From Octopus vulgaris (lineage: Eukaryota): a stretch of DNA of 64,000 nucleotides. Made by a program: the position numbers and the translations under genes. Below the pieces are notes generated by a model. It had not been told where the DNA came from. It ran no database searches and worked only from the letters and a program-made list of their open reading frames with translations. Each line of letters opens with the position of its first letter. Position 1 is the stretch's first letter. Location of the stretch: NCBI GenBank assembly GCA_951406725.2, contig OX597833.1, forward strand, positions 51,088,001 through 51,152,000, read 5' to 3'. This document shows positions 29,899 through 44,739 of the stretch, piece by piece.

Positions 29899-30052
29899 AC
29901 TCTTTTACTCTTTTACTTGTTTCAGTCATTTGACCGCCTTTAGTCGAGCAAATCGATCTCAAGATTTATTCTTTGTAAGCCAAGTACTTTTTCTATCGAT
30001 CTCTTTTGCCGAATCGCTAAGTTACCGAGATGTAAACACACCAGCATCGGTT
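29899..30052 (-). mobile_element. SINE family C, 3' fragment
   Basis: ctcttttactcttttacttgtttcagtcatttgac...gtaaacacaccagcatcggttg. Confidence 0.8.
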
Positions 30053-31639
30053 GAGGAGACACCGCCGAAAGTTCTTGTTGACAAACAACAGCAGTAATTT
30101 TATTCAACTGAATACACGTCATTGACTGGTTGAAATTACCGAAATACGAGAAATTTAAGGTGAAATATCTCCGTAAATATAAGTTTTTCTCAAAAATGCT
30201 AAGAATAAAACACATTTTGTATGACTTATACTACCAGTGTTCGAAGTTTGAAAGCGCTTAGTAACAAAAAATTATTTTTAAAATCTGTCGGTCAAAAGGT
30301 AAAGATCCCGAGTCGTTATATCGCTGTTAACCTCCCCAGTCACCAATTGATTTGGCAACCGGCGTTGATTTGTTATGTCTGAAAACTTACTGACTCGGTG
30401 AAAGACACCGTCAAAATAAGTGCCAGATATAAAACGAGAAAAATGAATAACTAGTGGGGTGGTCAGTTTGTCCGATTAAAAACCCTTCAAGGCGATGCCC
30501 CCTGGCTACTGTCCAATGAATGAAACAGTTAAAAATAAGTATCGCAGAATTTTCGAACATTTCATTTCCATTTATAACACGACCATGATTTTTCGAGTTT
30601 ATTTTTGGTCGGGGATATCAGATTAGCAGATATTATGTCACGGTTTCGATCGCCAGTTGTCCGTTATGTTTTAAATCACTTCATCTAAAATAATACCTTT
30701 CAATTCCATAAATCTTGTGCCACGGGAAATAATCGATATTTGACATTTTCAGGGATGGAACAGTCTTTATGACTATCAATATTGTTGCCAAGTTTCAAAT
30801 TACTGACACGACTGCCAAAGTAATATTTGTCTTGCCACTAGACAGAAAAGATGAAAAAAAAAAAAGCCAGCGAAAAGGAACGAGAAACTTCCATAATTTC
30901 CCCCCATTTTATCTATTTTTAACGCATGAATTCTTCTGTAGGTAAAGAACTTACTTCGCAACAAGGAAGTTCCGGATTCAATAAAACCAGTGGAATTTTG
31001 AGTATGTTTTACTGTAAACTCGGCTTAGCCAGTCTATTGCGAGGAAAATATTTTGGACGAAATCACTGCGAAAATGCCTCATATATCTGTCTTTCTATCT
31101 ATATATCTATCTATGTGAGTGTGTATGTGTTTATAAAATTTCGGGAATTGAAACCCTTTTCAAAGAAAAAAAAACGGGATAAACAAACTAAGTACGTTAG
31201 ACAGGATTCCAGGGGATTCGAAATCTGTTCGTAAAGCAAAAGTCAGATTATTCGCTTCTTTGCAGTTCGGAGTTCCAAATAACGTGCAAAAAAAAAAAAT
31301 GGAAAAGAAAAAGACAAAAACAAAACGAATACAGAGTATTTACTTCTGTCAAACAATTTCCTCATTTATTCGTCTTTATTTGCTTTTATTTTCTATATTA
31401 TAGAAGCAGAAATCAATTACTTCGTTTTTCTTTAGCTCATTTCCTTTATGTGTTTACGCAGGCGCGCATGTTTGTGTGTATGTGTTTGTGTATGCATATG
31501 TGTGTGTGTGTGTCTACATGTGTGTGTGTGTGTGTGTGTGTGGTGGGTGTCTGCTTCCTTTGCTTTCTTCGTAGATTCAGTAAACTTTCTGTCGAATATT
31601 GAATTAGAGAATATAGAATATATATAATCAAGTTAGGTC

Positions 31640-31696
<57 letters not shown>

Positions 31697-32067
31697 TGTG
31701 TGAGTGTGTGTGCTTAAGCTACTGATAAGAGAAGGACAGTAGATTAAATATAATATAATTCATTTTTTCTTTCTGTTAAATAATATCTATTAATATTATC
31801 TTCAGGGTCATAAATAAGGTCATCTCCCTGCCTCCTTCTTTCTCTCTCTCTCTCTCTTTCTTACACTCATGTGAATATATAATATATATATATATACACT
31901 CACAGACATAGCTATGTATGCATATGTATATACTGTTTATTATTAACTGAATATTACACATTAAGATCACAAAATAAATTTCACCATTACATTACACGTC
32001 ACTTTGTGTTAGAAATGTTCTATGATTCCACTTTTATCTAACAATATATCTATTTATTTACCTCTCT

Positions 32068-32109
<42 letters not shown>

Positions 32110-32528
32110 ACACACACACACACACATAGATAAGCACACACGCAAACACACAAACATACACACTGACCCGCACACATGTATGTGCATATACATGAGTGAT
32201 TTTGAATTCCTGTGTATGTAAGCGAGTATACATGCATGTATATATAAGTATGTATATTGTATATGTCTATCAATCAACTTATCTATCAATCAACTTATCT
32301 ATATATCAGTCTATTTCTGTCAGTCTGTCAGTCTGTTTCTCTCTCTCTTTCTCTTCCTTTCTCTCCGTATACATATCATGTATTTGTTTCTTTTTGCATC
32401 TGATATTTATTGTCTATCGCCTACAATAATGAAGCTGTATTACTTAATTTGCTGCTTTTATATATAAACACACCAAGAAGAAAACTAGCGGAACAGACGT
32501 TATTTATTTTAACACGATACATCTTGTA

Positions 32529-32640
32529 ATCACCTGAAGAGACACATATACACCGACTGATGCACCTAAATCAGTGCTCAGCATCCCACTCGTGAAGGAT
32601 CGATACTAGATGGGTTGAAAGAACTGTAGTGATCAATAAA
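32529..32640 (+). ncRNA. Degenerate type I hammerhead with a large stem II insert, followed by AATAAA
   Basis: atcac-CTGAAGA-gac...gtt-GAAA-gaact-GTA-gtgat-c-AATAAA. Stem I is a perfect 5 bp; stem III is decayed. Confidence 0.5.
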
Positions 32641-32702
32641 CATTTTCGTATCTGCCATCTTCCGTCTCTTTCATTAATCATATATATACATACATATATA
32701 TG

Positions 32703-32776
<74 letters not shown>

Positions 32777-32844
32777 AGGGTAAAATTAATTAATTAATTA
32801 ATAATTAATAATTTTACCAAGTAGTTCGGTATGATAAATACTTT

Positions 32845-32910
<66 letters not shown>

Positions 32911-33224
32911 ACATGTATATACTATATAGTGTGCAGTGTATTATTATAGGATGTAATAATTGTTTCTTGCCATTGAGACACGTGGTTGGGGATATTATTT
33001 TAATGTGCCTTGTGCTTCTAAATAATCTTGAGTTTCTGGGTAGATGGATTGTTCACTTTCAAAATCAGGACGCTAGCACATGATAAGCAACGAGAAAAGC
33101 AATGAGAAGAGGGTTGATACAAAACAGGAATTAGATAACAAAGGGTGCGAAAAAAGGCAAGAAAAAGGAAAATTAGAATTACGTTTCCTTTGACTGTAGA
33201 AAACGTAATTAAACTAACAGCATT

Positions 33225-34175
33225 AGCTACTCGTAAGAGAACACTTTCTCTCCGGACACTACGATCTCAATCGCATCATCCTGTGTGACTTCTTCAAATT
33301 CTACATCTTTTGCAAGTGTCACAATCTGTTTCCGAATTCGATGTAGAATCTCTGCTTGAGGGAAACTTATAATTTCACGAATACAGTCTATCCATATACT
33401 TTTCCAAACACAGTTCCAAGCTGAACGTTTCACGTCATCCCATAACTCATCTACATTATCCACAGTAGCCATTTATGCGAAATTTCTTCCAGAAGTCTCT
33501 AACTGCAGATTTATCCTCCCTGTCAATTGCTTTCATAATTTGTTTGAAAGTTCTTTTCACATAAGATGCCTTGAAGTAAGCCATCACACCTTATCAATTG
33601 ACAGGAGCAAGGAAGTTGCAATCATGGTCATATATTCTACCCTCTCATTATCAGAAAGGTCATCTTTGCCTGGGTAGCTAAATGTATTGCCTAAAAGAAG
33701 CAATGTTTCGTTGGAAATATTATGCCTGCCACTGCATAACAAAAGATCGTTTGTAAACCATTCTTTGAAAACAGGTTCTTAATCATCCATGCCTTCTTAT
33801 TTGAATGCCAAATCAGAGGTAGATTAAGCATTGCGTAACCTTTAAAAACCCTTAGATTTTGGGAGTGTAATACGTATTGTGCCTTCAATTTCATTTCACC
33901 AGCGATATTTCCTCCCAAAAGAAGTGTCGAGCAATTTTTGGACGCTTTAAATCCTAGTGTTTTTTTTTTCCTTCTTGAGAAATAAAGCGCTTCTTATCAA
34001 AAAGAGCAGTCTTATCAAGATTTATACCTGCTCTCGTATGTAGCCGCCCCACCACCACCTTCATTTTCTTCAAATGCTCACGAGTCACTTCCTTGTTCGA
34101 ATTCATACACTTCTTAAACATTTCGAACAAGCCTTTACTAATCAAACAAGGGTTTTGAATTAGAAAATTCACCCT
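33225..34175 (-). mobile_element. Decayed Tigger/pogo-family (DDE_1, TIGD1-like) transposase
   Basis: Colinear broken ORFs: SKGLFEMFKK, INLDKTALF, GGNIAGEMKLK...HSQNLRVFKG...LPLIWHSNKKAWM, NCVWKSIW, IVTLAKDVEFEEVTQDD. Confidence 0.85.
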
Positions 34176-34321
34176 CCTTTTCCCCGCAAATCGTCAAATC
34201 CGTTGCAAACAGCTTGCACATGAAAGTGCTACCAGTCGAAAGTTCCGCATACCGGAAGCCAGCAAAAGTAAGGAGTCAACTGGAGAGGATATGCACCGTT
34301 TCGGTGCCTACCTTTAGACGA

Positions 34322-34446
34322 TATAAACACACCGGCATCGGTTGTCAACCGATAGGGGTAGGGGTGGATGAAATACAGACACACACAAAGATATACACAC
34401 ATAAAGATATACACACACACGTACACACATACACACACACTCATAT

Positions 34447-34483
<37 letters not shown>

Positions 34484-34630
34484 CGACGAGCTTCTTTCAG
34501 TTTCTGTATACCAAATCCACTCACAAGGCTTTGGTCGGCCCTAGGTTATAGTAGAAGACACTTGCCCAAAGTTCCACACAGTGGGACTGAACCTGGAACC
34601 ATGTGCATGGGAAGCAAGCTTCTTACCACA
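34322..34630 (-). mobile_element. SINE family C, partial
   Basis: taaacacaccggcatcggttgtc...cttctttcagttt...gacacttgcccaa...cttaccac. Confidence 0.8.
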
Positions 34631-34936
34631 CACACAAGCACACAAGCACACAAATATATATATGTTTACATACCTAAGTTTGTGTCTGTGTGCGAGTGTA
34701 ATTGAAAACATTTGGAGTCTACAAAGAACACGGTTGGACATCAATTTTCAATCACAACAGTTGTTTCTGCGCAACGTAGTTCGCCAGGCGGGAAGAAGAA
34801 AGCAACTTTGAAATACATACAATGGCACAGGGTGTAATCTGAAGGTGAACGAGCTTTATACAGTACTCTATTACATTCGTAACAGAATATACCATAACTA
34901 TATATATGTATGTGTGTGTGCGTGCGTGCGTGCGTG

Positions 34937-34996
<60 letters not shown>

Positions 34997-35003
34997 TGTG
35001 TGT

Positions 35004-35251
35004 GTGGAGGCGCTTGGTTTAGTGTTTAGGGTGTCAGCATCATGATCGTAAGATTGTGGTTCCGATTCCTGGACCGGGCGACACGTTGTGATCTTGAGCA
35101 AAGCACTTCATTTCACGTTGCTCCAGTCCACTCAGCTGGCGAAATTGAGTAACGCTTCGATAGAGTGGCGTCCCGTCAAGCTGGAGAACACATACGCCAT
35201 TGAAACCGGGAAACCGGGCCCATGAGCCTGGCTAGGCTTTAAAAAGGGCGC
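35004..35251 (+). mobile_element. SINE with a different tRNA-like head/body and tail type 2
   Basis: gtggaggcgcttggtttagtg...ggttccgattcctggaccggg head; ends gaaaccgggaaaccgggcccatgagcctggctaggctttaaaaagggc. Confidence 0.75.
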
Positions 35252-35256
35252 GTTTA

Positions 35257-35389
<133 letters not shown>

Positions 35390-36751
35390 TAGATATATAT
35401 AGATATATAGATATAGATATAGATATACACATACATATATATATAGCGAGAGAGAGAGAGAGAGATGGAGACAGAGACAGACAGACAGACAGACAGAGGG
35501 AAAGACAGAGAAGAGAGAGCAGAAATGCAGGCAGCTAGAACGACAGACAATCAAACACGTTGAGAGATTATGTGTGCATATGTACACACGCATATAGAAT
35601 ACATAAACGTCTGTGTTTGTATGCGTGTATGCGTGTGTGTGTGTGTATGCGTGCGTGCATGTGTGTGTATGTGTATGTGTGTGTGTATGTGTATGCGTGC
35701 GTGCATGTGTGTGTATGTGTATGTGTGTGTATGTGTGTATAACAATACAATATTTTGATCGAGATCAACGCGTTAAGTCCCGAAACATCTTGATCAAGCA
35801 TGCGATAAATATATGATAGTTATAAATAGAAGAACATAAAAATATCCGCCCTCATATTTATCTGCGCGCGTAATTGTGTCTGCGCTCTGTGTTCGAGTGT
35901 GTGTGAATGTGTGTGTGAACATGTGAATGTATACGCGCGCGTGTGTGTGTGCGTGCGTGTATGCATTTGTACGTGTGCATGTGTATTGCTTAAATAGTTT
36001 ATATTGATTACAATGTTTTATGATGGACGCTTTCTCAATGTTCAGTATAGAGTGTTGATCGCTATTATAAAATAATATTTTGTTAAAATTCTCCAAGGAA
36101 CTAATTTAACATTAAGTCTACCACAAGTAAATGTTTCTAATTTTATTAGTTGAGTTATATATTAATGTTAGGGTTTCTTTACACTTTATTGTTCTATATA
36201 CACAATAATATTCTATTCAAAGATATACTTACACAGATGTAGCCGTATATATATATTACTGCAACTTCTACGTATTTTATGATATTAGCAACAAGTTTGC
36301 TGGTAGGAGATGAAGATCATAATCGTTGCCTTACCAACGGGTTCTCAATAGGAGCACACTTATAAAATTTCTGACTCCTGATGAATTTTGTACGCGTTGA
36401 GTATTTCATATTGTAACGTTTTGTTGAATTAAGCGCGGGGGATTTATTACAGAGGTTTTCTCACATAAATAAATACAGATGGACTTCACTTTCTCACAAT
36501 GATATGTGTATTGGTGTATGTTTTTACCTAGAATATTATTTAATATACACGAGCAAAAGTTACACAGTCACACACACGCACATCTCTAAATCTGCTTTCT
36601 AAATCATATATTGGTTTCTATTTTTCGTTATGCCCATGGTAGGCCACCATATTCAAGGAATTTACTTGAATTTATGTTACATCGCTGTAACCACTCATTT
36701 GTACAACAATGTGTGTGAGTGTGTGTGTCTGAGTGCGTGTGTGTGTGTGTA

Positions 36752-36823
<72 letters not shown>

Positions 36824-37388
36824 TGTGTGAGTGAGTGTCCGTGTCCATATGTTGAAACTATGTAGATTTTAGTTTGCATGGCTGACGAAAGTAGCTCCAT
36901 TTCGATAGTGATAAATAGATATATATTGCGCTCATCAATCTAACCTTATCGCCCATCTATTCTTGTCCTCCCGCCCCACCGTTGTTATCCTTTCTTTTCC
37001 TCCTCTATTTCCTTTTTTCTGTCCCTATTTATTTTTCTCCTTTATTTCCATTTCCATCTCGTATTTCTTCACTCTTCTCAATGCCACATATTAGTTTCCC
37101 CATATCTCAATCTTCCACAGTACTCTATATTGTATTTCAGGTGCTCTCTTTCAAACTAAACACATATCTTTCATTCTCTTGCTGCAGGTTCCGCTACACC
37201 CAACAACACTACTGTCTGCTAATCCCAAAATTGTTCTGTTACATTCAACCTTTTCTATTAAATAGTACGAGGAAGTTAGACGTCCTTTGCTACTTGTCGT
37301 TTGAGACGAAAACCTCTTCCACATTTCTTTCAAGCTGTTACTCGTTAACTGCTGACACTTTTAGTACCTTGCAAATAGACTACAACTA

Positions 37389-37475
<87 letters not shown>

Positions 37476-38428
37476 TATATATACATATATGTATATATAT
37501 ACGTACATACACACGTACACACTCTCATTTGTATTATAGATACATTTATAGATATATAGATACGTAAACAAATACAGGTGTATAATAGACCGTGCAACAT
37601 AAATTGTTGATTAATTAAACTGATCTTCTCCTCTAGAAGATGTAGCATTATGATACCAAAGGACAATTAAGACCAGCAACACTTAAGGAGATATGATAAT
37701 CTCAAGGGGAAAGGATTTTCCAAGTTGACATGTCATTAAGAAGAATGAGAAACTTATGATCATCAGAGAAGAGAGTCAAGAACATCAGCAAGAGACTGCC
37801 CGCCAGTTGCCAAAAATATAAGACTTATTCAAAGAGTAGTTTCCGGCCACAGTCGACCCTCAATATCATTACCTGGAGAAGATTTTAAAGTTACATTTTG
37901 AAACTCATGTTACAAAACCAAATGTACTGGTTTTCGATGATTTAGCTGTTAATTCTTGGAGGAATTGATCAAGGTACCATTTAGATGTTGCTGTAATTTT
38001 CTTCAGTGTAGTCTTTTTGAGATAGTGTTGACTAAAGCAGGTACATTTCCGTATATGATTTGTGTGTATGACGGGATTCTAACGTTGGGTATCCATATAA
38101 TTCAGACAATTGTTGGAATATATTTCATATTCTACAAATGAATTCGCACCTCAGGGCTACGTAGGACTGAACAGAGTTTAAAAAAAGTTTCCGAACTTTT
38201 CCCGATCATTTTCATACTGCTCGGCAACTGCACGGGACCATTTCTTGCCTGTGAACCTTGTCACACATCTCATCCAGCTAAAATTGTGCTAACGGTATTC
38301 TGTTTGCCATTAAATTGTTCACTCCATTTCCTTCTCGAATTACCATATTACCATATATATATATATATATATGTATATGATTATATAGAAATAACCTCTA
38401 TTAAACATATAATTCAATATTCCCTACA

Positions 38429-38494
<66 letters not shown>

Positions 38495-39263
38495 GATATA
38501 ATATATGTATATATATATAAATTTATTAATTATATAATAAAGGATAAATCCATCCATGATTTCATCAGGTGGCCAGCACGAAAGTAAAAACCTTGTGTGT
38601 AAATTTTCGAAATACTATATTAATAATTATGTGAATTAGCGCAATTTGGCGTCTATTTTTAGTGCGTGGTAAGGCGTATTGCCAGTCCTTTGTTATAATT
38701 ATGTATATAATTATTAATATAAATAATTGATTGTGTGCGTATGAAAATATGTATCTTGTATGTATGTATTTATGTATGTATGTATATAAATATGTGTGTG
38801 TGTGCGTGTGCGTGTATATGTATATATATATTTATTTATATATACATATATATATATATACATATATATTTATATATACATATATATATATAGGAGATAC
38901 ATATCGACGTGTATCAAAAGAAACTGAGTATTTCTTTGGCAAGTAACTTTACATAACAAAAACGACTTATGTATGATTATATGGCAATTTCACTGTGATT
39001 TTCTGAGTGTATATCAAAATCTGAAACAAATATTTATACACATATCTACGTATATCTACGTATATATATACATATATACATATACATATATCTACGTATA
39101 TCTGATTGGCAATAAATATATTAACAGTAACAATATGCTTAGAGTACGTACGCCCGTATGTTATATACATGTATCCAATGCATTTGCGAATTTGTAATAT
39201 GAAAGTAGAAGCTCGCGCGACTGCCTTAAGTATTATGCATGTGTGTTTGTATATATATATACA

Positions 39264-39349
<86 letters not shown>

Positions 39350-39369
39350 TATACATTCATATATATACA

Positions 39370-39430
<61 letters not shown>

Positions 39431-39908
39431 TTTTTTTTTACGAGACACTTCAAGTATATAAATGTTTGTGTCTGAGTATGTGGACGTCTATGTAAGCTTA
39501 TTCATTCTTGTATCACACCCCGTAGCATCAAGATAGAATTTCCGATATTAACGATTTAGATATATTCTGATATCTCAGTTATTTGGCCGAATCTCAAGAA
39601 CCCGTTTTTATACACACAAACGCCGAGACACATACATACACACGTATATGTGTATGTCCATATATATATATATACACACATATATATATATATATGTATA
39701 TATATTGCTGGGTGTACACACAAACACTCACACACACACATACACATATGTTAATGGACTCCTATTTTTTAGATATTGTTCTATTTCGTTCTTTCTGTAC
39801 TAGCAACAAAGTCCTTCCTGTTTAGAAGTTGACATAATTCGGTTTACGAGAGGATCAGCAGCGGTGTGCTGGCAACGTACAAATACTATATATACATTAT
39901 GCGCCATG

Positions 39909-39940
<32 letters not shown>

Positions 39941-39985
39941 CTCTCTCTCTCTCTCTCTCTCACTACATATATTTTATATGATATT

Positions 39986-40025
<40 letters not shown>

Positions 40026-40251
40026 CGTACATACAGCAAAATTTAACCACATGTAAGTAATAGTGGTTTTATTGCCCTTTATTTCGGGTTTTATCTTCCA
40101 TCAGTCCCAGAATATCCTATAATGACTATTCGCATTTATCTCACTGTCTTTATCTCTCTCACTCTCACTCGTGTTTTTCCCCCGCTCTGTATCGTATCAC
40201 AAAGTGAGCGATACGTATACATACACACACACATATATATATACACACAAA

Positions 40252-40282
<31 letters not shown>

Positions 40283-40317
40283 CACATATTTACATATGTA
40301 TATATATTTATATATAT

Positions 40318-40358
<41 letters not shown>

Positions 40359-40359
40359 C

Positions 40360-40412
<53 letters not shown>

Positions 40413-40427
40413 CATATATATACATAC

Positions 40428-40540
<113 letters not shown>

Positions 40541-40855
40541 CTATATATGCATATATATACATATATGTATATGTATATACATATATGTATAAATGTGCAT
40601 GTATATGTATATAAATATATAAATATATATACATGCATATATGTATATATATATGTGTGTGTATATATATATGTGTGTGTGTGTGTATATATATATGTAT
40701 ATAAGTACATGTATATGTATATAAATATATATACGTATATATACGTAGTAGTACATATATCCAAATATATATACATGTATATATGGATATGTATTTATAC
40801 ATATATGTAAATATGCACACATATATATAGATACACACAAACATACACACATATA

Positions 40856-40910
<55 letters not shown>

Positions 40911-41139
40911 AATATATGCATATGTGTGAGTGTGTTTTTCTTGTTTCTATGTGATTTTTATATCCCTACTAAGCTAGTCTTTTGTAAAAATTTTTACCTT
41001 CTCTTCCGCCATTAATATGTCTCCTTCACATTTCCATCCAATGTACAATAAAACTATTTGGGAGAAGCGGCAGATGAAGGTTTGTGTAAAAGTAGGTTCT
41101 TTATATATATATATGATATTTCAAAGGAAAAACTCCAAA

Positions 41140-41317
41140 AGCATCGCGGTCATCATGATTATGACTGCCATCATCAGCTACATCATAATAGTCATCATCA
41201 TCATCATCATCATTATTGTTATTAGTAGTAGTAGTAGTAGCAGTAGTAGTAGTAGTAGTGGTAGTAGTAATAGTATTATTATCATTACTATCATTATTAT
41301 TATTATTATTGTTATTA

Positions 41318-41414
<97 letters not shown>

Positions 41415-41542
41415 CGACGGTGGTGGTGGTAGTGGTAGTGGTGGAGGTGGCGGTGGTGGTGGCGGTAGTGGTGGCGGTAGTGGTGGCGGCGGCACCGGTA
41501 GTAACTGCGATGGGGCTGTCATCATCATCATGATCATCGTCG

Positions 41543-41576
<34 letters not shown>

Positions 41577-41658
41577 GATCATCATCATGATCATCATCAT
41601 CATCATCATCATTGTCATCAGCATTGTCATCTTTATTCCTCTTCCCATTATTGTTATT

Positions 41659-41697
<39 letters not shown>

Positions 41698-41720
41698 AAT
41701 ATTATTATTATTATTATTTC
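41140..41720. repeat. Compound trinucleotide array (ATC/AGT/ATT/GGT/GTT)
   Basis: Successive trinucleotide runs. Confidence 0.9.
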
Positions 41721-42224
41721 CCTCTAAACGTATTATTTCTTTACGATAGAGCTATATCCGGTGTTGATTCACATGCTGAAATAAAAATCTATAGTTTGTT
41801 CTTTATCTACAGTTTAAATATTTTTATGATTTCTTCTTCAGTTTTATCTTTCTACTTCTTGTTTCCTAAAATAATTGATTCAGAGCTTTACATAAAATGT
41901 AATGCCATAGACTGTGATGTAAAAACTAGAATAGAAAAGAGAAAAAAAGAGAAAAGAGCCCTTTCCGAGTTTCATTTGTATTTTGTGGTATTGTTAGTTG
42001 ATATCATGGATTGCATGAAGAGAGAAGCGTATGAAATGACAGTTCGAGGGTTTTATAAATACGCATTTTTATCGAGTGGAATATATATATATGTGGTCCA
42101 GAAATACATACATACATTCATTCATATATACATGCATACATACATATATATACATGTATACATGCATGCATACATACGTATGTGCATATGTTACATACAC
42201 GCATGTATCGTTAGCCACTACACA

Positions 42225-42377
42225 CATTTTTTTCTGTCCTTGTTTTCTGCGTCATTTTCTGTAGAAGAGCGTAGGCTCGAAACGTAAAAGACTTTTTCTA
42301 TTCCTGAGCGTTATACTAATACATCTGTTTGTTTTGTACACCACCTGTCTCCGTCTTTTGTTTTTTCCGTAAACTTT

Positions 42378-42380
<3 letters not shown>
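42225..42380 (+). mobile_element. (TA)n-abutting repeat with a minimal hammerhead-like motif
   Basis: 42255-42290 reads tttt-CTGTAGA-A-gagc-gtag-gctc-GAAAC-GTA-aaag. Homologous to 45898-46140 in the opposite orientation. Confidence 0.65.
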
Positions 42381-42430
<50 letters not shown>

Positions 42431-42512
42431 GGTGCCCCAGCATATATACAGCTCATGAGCTGAAACTAGAATCAATCAATCATATACACATACATACATA
42501 CATACATATGTA

Positions 42513-42909
42513 TCTTTTATCTTTTACTTGTTTCAGTCATTTGACTGCGGCTATGCTGGAGCGCGGCCTTTTAGTCCAGCAAATCGACCCCAGGACTTAT
42601 ACTTTGGAAGCCTATTACTTATTCTATCGGTCTTTTTTGCCGAACCGCCGAGATACGGGGACGTAAACACACCAGCATCGATTGTCAACCGATGTTTGGG
42701 AGGACAAACACAGACACAGACACACGCATATACACACGCATACATATACATATATACGTGGGGCTTCTTTCAGTTTCCGTCTACCAAATCTACTCACAAG
42801 GCTTTGGTCGGCCCGAGGCTATAGTAGAAGACACTTGCTCAAGGTTCCACGCAGTGGGACTGAACCCGGAACCATGTGGTTCGTAAGCAAGCTACTTACC
42901 ACACAGCCA
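42513..42909 (-). mobile_element. SINE family C
   Basis: Colinear with 6438-6847. Confidence 0.9.
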
Positions 42910-43093
42910 GAATCGTTAAGATTTTCAGTTTTTACGCTTTCTCTATTTACATATTTACATTTATATACATTTTGTATATCAAATCCAAGCAGTTTTGTTT
43001 CTTTATTTGCATCATTCATTCTCTCTCTATATGTGTGTATGTGTGACAGAATATTTGCGCGTGTGCGTTTGTGTGTGTGTATCCTCCACTACC

Positions 43094-43232
43094 TATTTCT
43101 TTACTACCCACAAGGGGCTAAACACAGATGGGACAAACAAGGACAGACAAACGGATTAAGTCGATTACATCGGCCCCAGTGCGTAACTGGTACTTAATTT
43201 ATCGACCCCGAAAGGATGAAAGGCAAAGTCGA
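43094..43232 (-). mobile_element. 5'-truncated family B copy nested in a family C 3' half (about 43030-43428, +)
   Basis: 11-bp TSD cctccactacc at 43083-43093 and 43233-43243; C-type sequence resumes after it. Confidence 0.8.
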
Positions 43233-43472
43233 CCTCCACTACCGCTTGGCAACTGGTGTTGGCGTCTTTACGACTCGGTAACTTAAGGGGTTCAGCAAAA
43301 GAGGTCGATAAAATAAGTACCTGGCTTAACAAAAATAACCATTCGGATCGACTCGACTAGAAATTCTTCAAGGCGGTGCCCCAGCATGACCGCATTTTGA
43401 TGACTGAAACAAGTGCAAGATGAAGATATAGAGTGCAATATTGCCCAAAACATTATACCTTTAAAAGTAAAC

Positions 43473-43680
43473 TATAACGTAAGGTGAGACCCAAAAGAAC
43501 TTCCAACTCTGTTTCTTACAACTCGAGGACTCACATAGTCTTCACTTTACGGCACATCATGTAAAAACATTTTGTTTTTACATGACGTGCCGTCAAAATA
43601 TAACGTAAGGTGAAACCCGAAAGAACTTTCAACGCTGTTTCTTACAACGGGAGGATTCACCTGGACTTCACTTTACGTAA
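43473..43680. repeat. 126-bp tandem duplication with a 21-bp hairpin between the copies
   Basis: tataacgtaaggtga at 43473 and 43599; hairpin acggcacatcatgtaaaaaca-ttt-tgtttttacatgacgtgccgt at 43549-43593. Confidence 0.8.
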
Positions 43681-44138
43681 AAAATTTTACATTTGCGTTT
43701 CCATTCTCGGGTTACACATATCCCAGTTTACATTCTTCGTTTTTCCATAATAGACGTATTTATTAACTACACTTGTTTATTTTAAACAAATATTTTGAAA
43801 GGGATATTAATATTATTTCCATTAGTGTTGACTGTATAATTTCCGTTAGTAGCAAATGTTAGCAATGTGTTAATCATTTTATTTCCCTTCTGACCTTATA
43901 ATGCCTTTTCGTTTAGAGCTGTTTTATTGTTTCTCCCGTCATGTATTCTTCATAAACGTCTCGCGGGGGCCTATATATCATTGTTATTTTCTGTAAGAGC
44001 AAGCAGCTTAAATAGTAAATTATTGGAGGCAAGTAGATATGTGTTAGATAATAAAGAAATTGTCTACTGTTCTCACATCATTAACTAAGAAATGGAAAAA
44101 TGCAAAATTTAGGAGAGAAAATTATCACTAGTTTTTTT

Positions 44139-44184
<46 letters not shown>

Positions 44185-44683
44185 TTTTTCTTAGGTATTT
44201 TGTTTCCTTTCAAATTCTAACAGACGTGTTCTGTGATAGGGAAAAGAAGATGGATCCCTTAGCATTCTGACTTCTGAAGTAGAAGTAAAAGAAAATATAA
44301 TAATAAATAAATAGGACCTAAAGTAAAGACAGAAAACAAGCATAGATAAACATGTTGACTGAAAACCTTTGGGGTTTCATTCGACATATGTAAGTTTGTG
44401 TATGCGTATGTATAAGGATACGTATGTATGTATGCTCGTATCTATGTTTGTACGTACGTGTGCATATATGTATGTACGTGCGTGTGTGTGTATGTGTGTG
44501 TGTGTGTGTATGTGTGTGTGTGTGTGTACACATGCATACATACAGACTCATATAGCCATACAAGCATGCAAATGATTGAATAGATAACATAACAAAAAAG
44601 AAAATTAAATTGCAATTTAGCGTAAGTAAATATTCCTTTTGTTGTGAGACGAAAGCATCAACATCATCATCATCATCATCATT

Positions 44684-44739
<56 letters not shown>

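Noticed and set aside
37720-37772. Minus-strand CTGATGA-tcat...atga-CATGTC as a hammerhead
   Set aside because: GAAA is absent and the stem I flanks are not complementary.
37600-38300. Possible decayed coding sequence
   Set aside because: Non-repetitive and coding-like in places, but I could not assign any motif by eye; needs BLASTX.
38550-38575. Minus-strand CTGATGAAAT in a TA-rich repeat
   Set aside because: No stem II and no convincing stem III or stem I.
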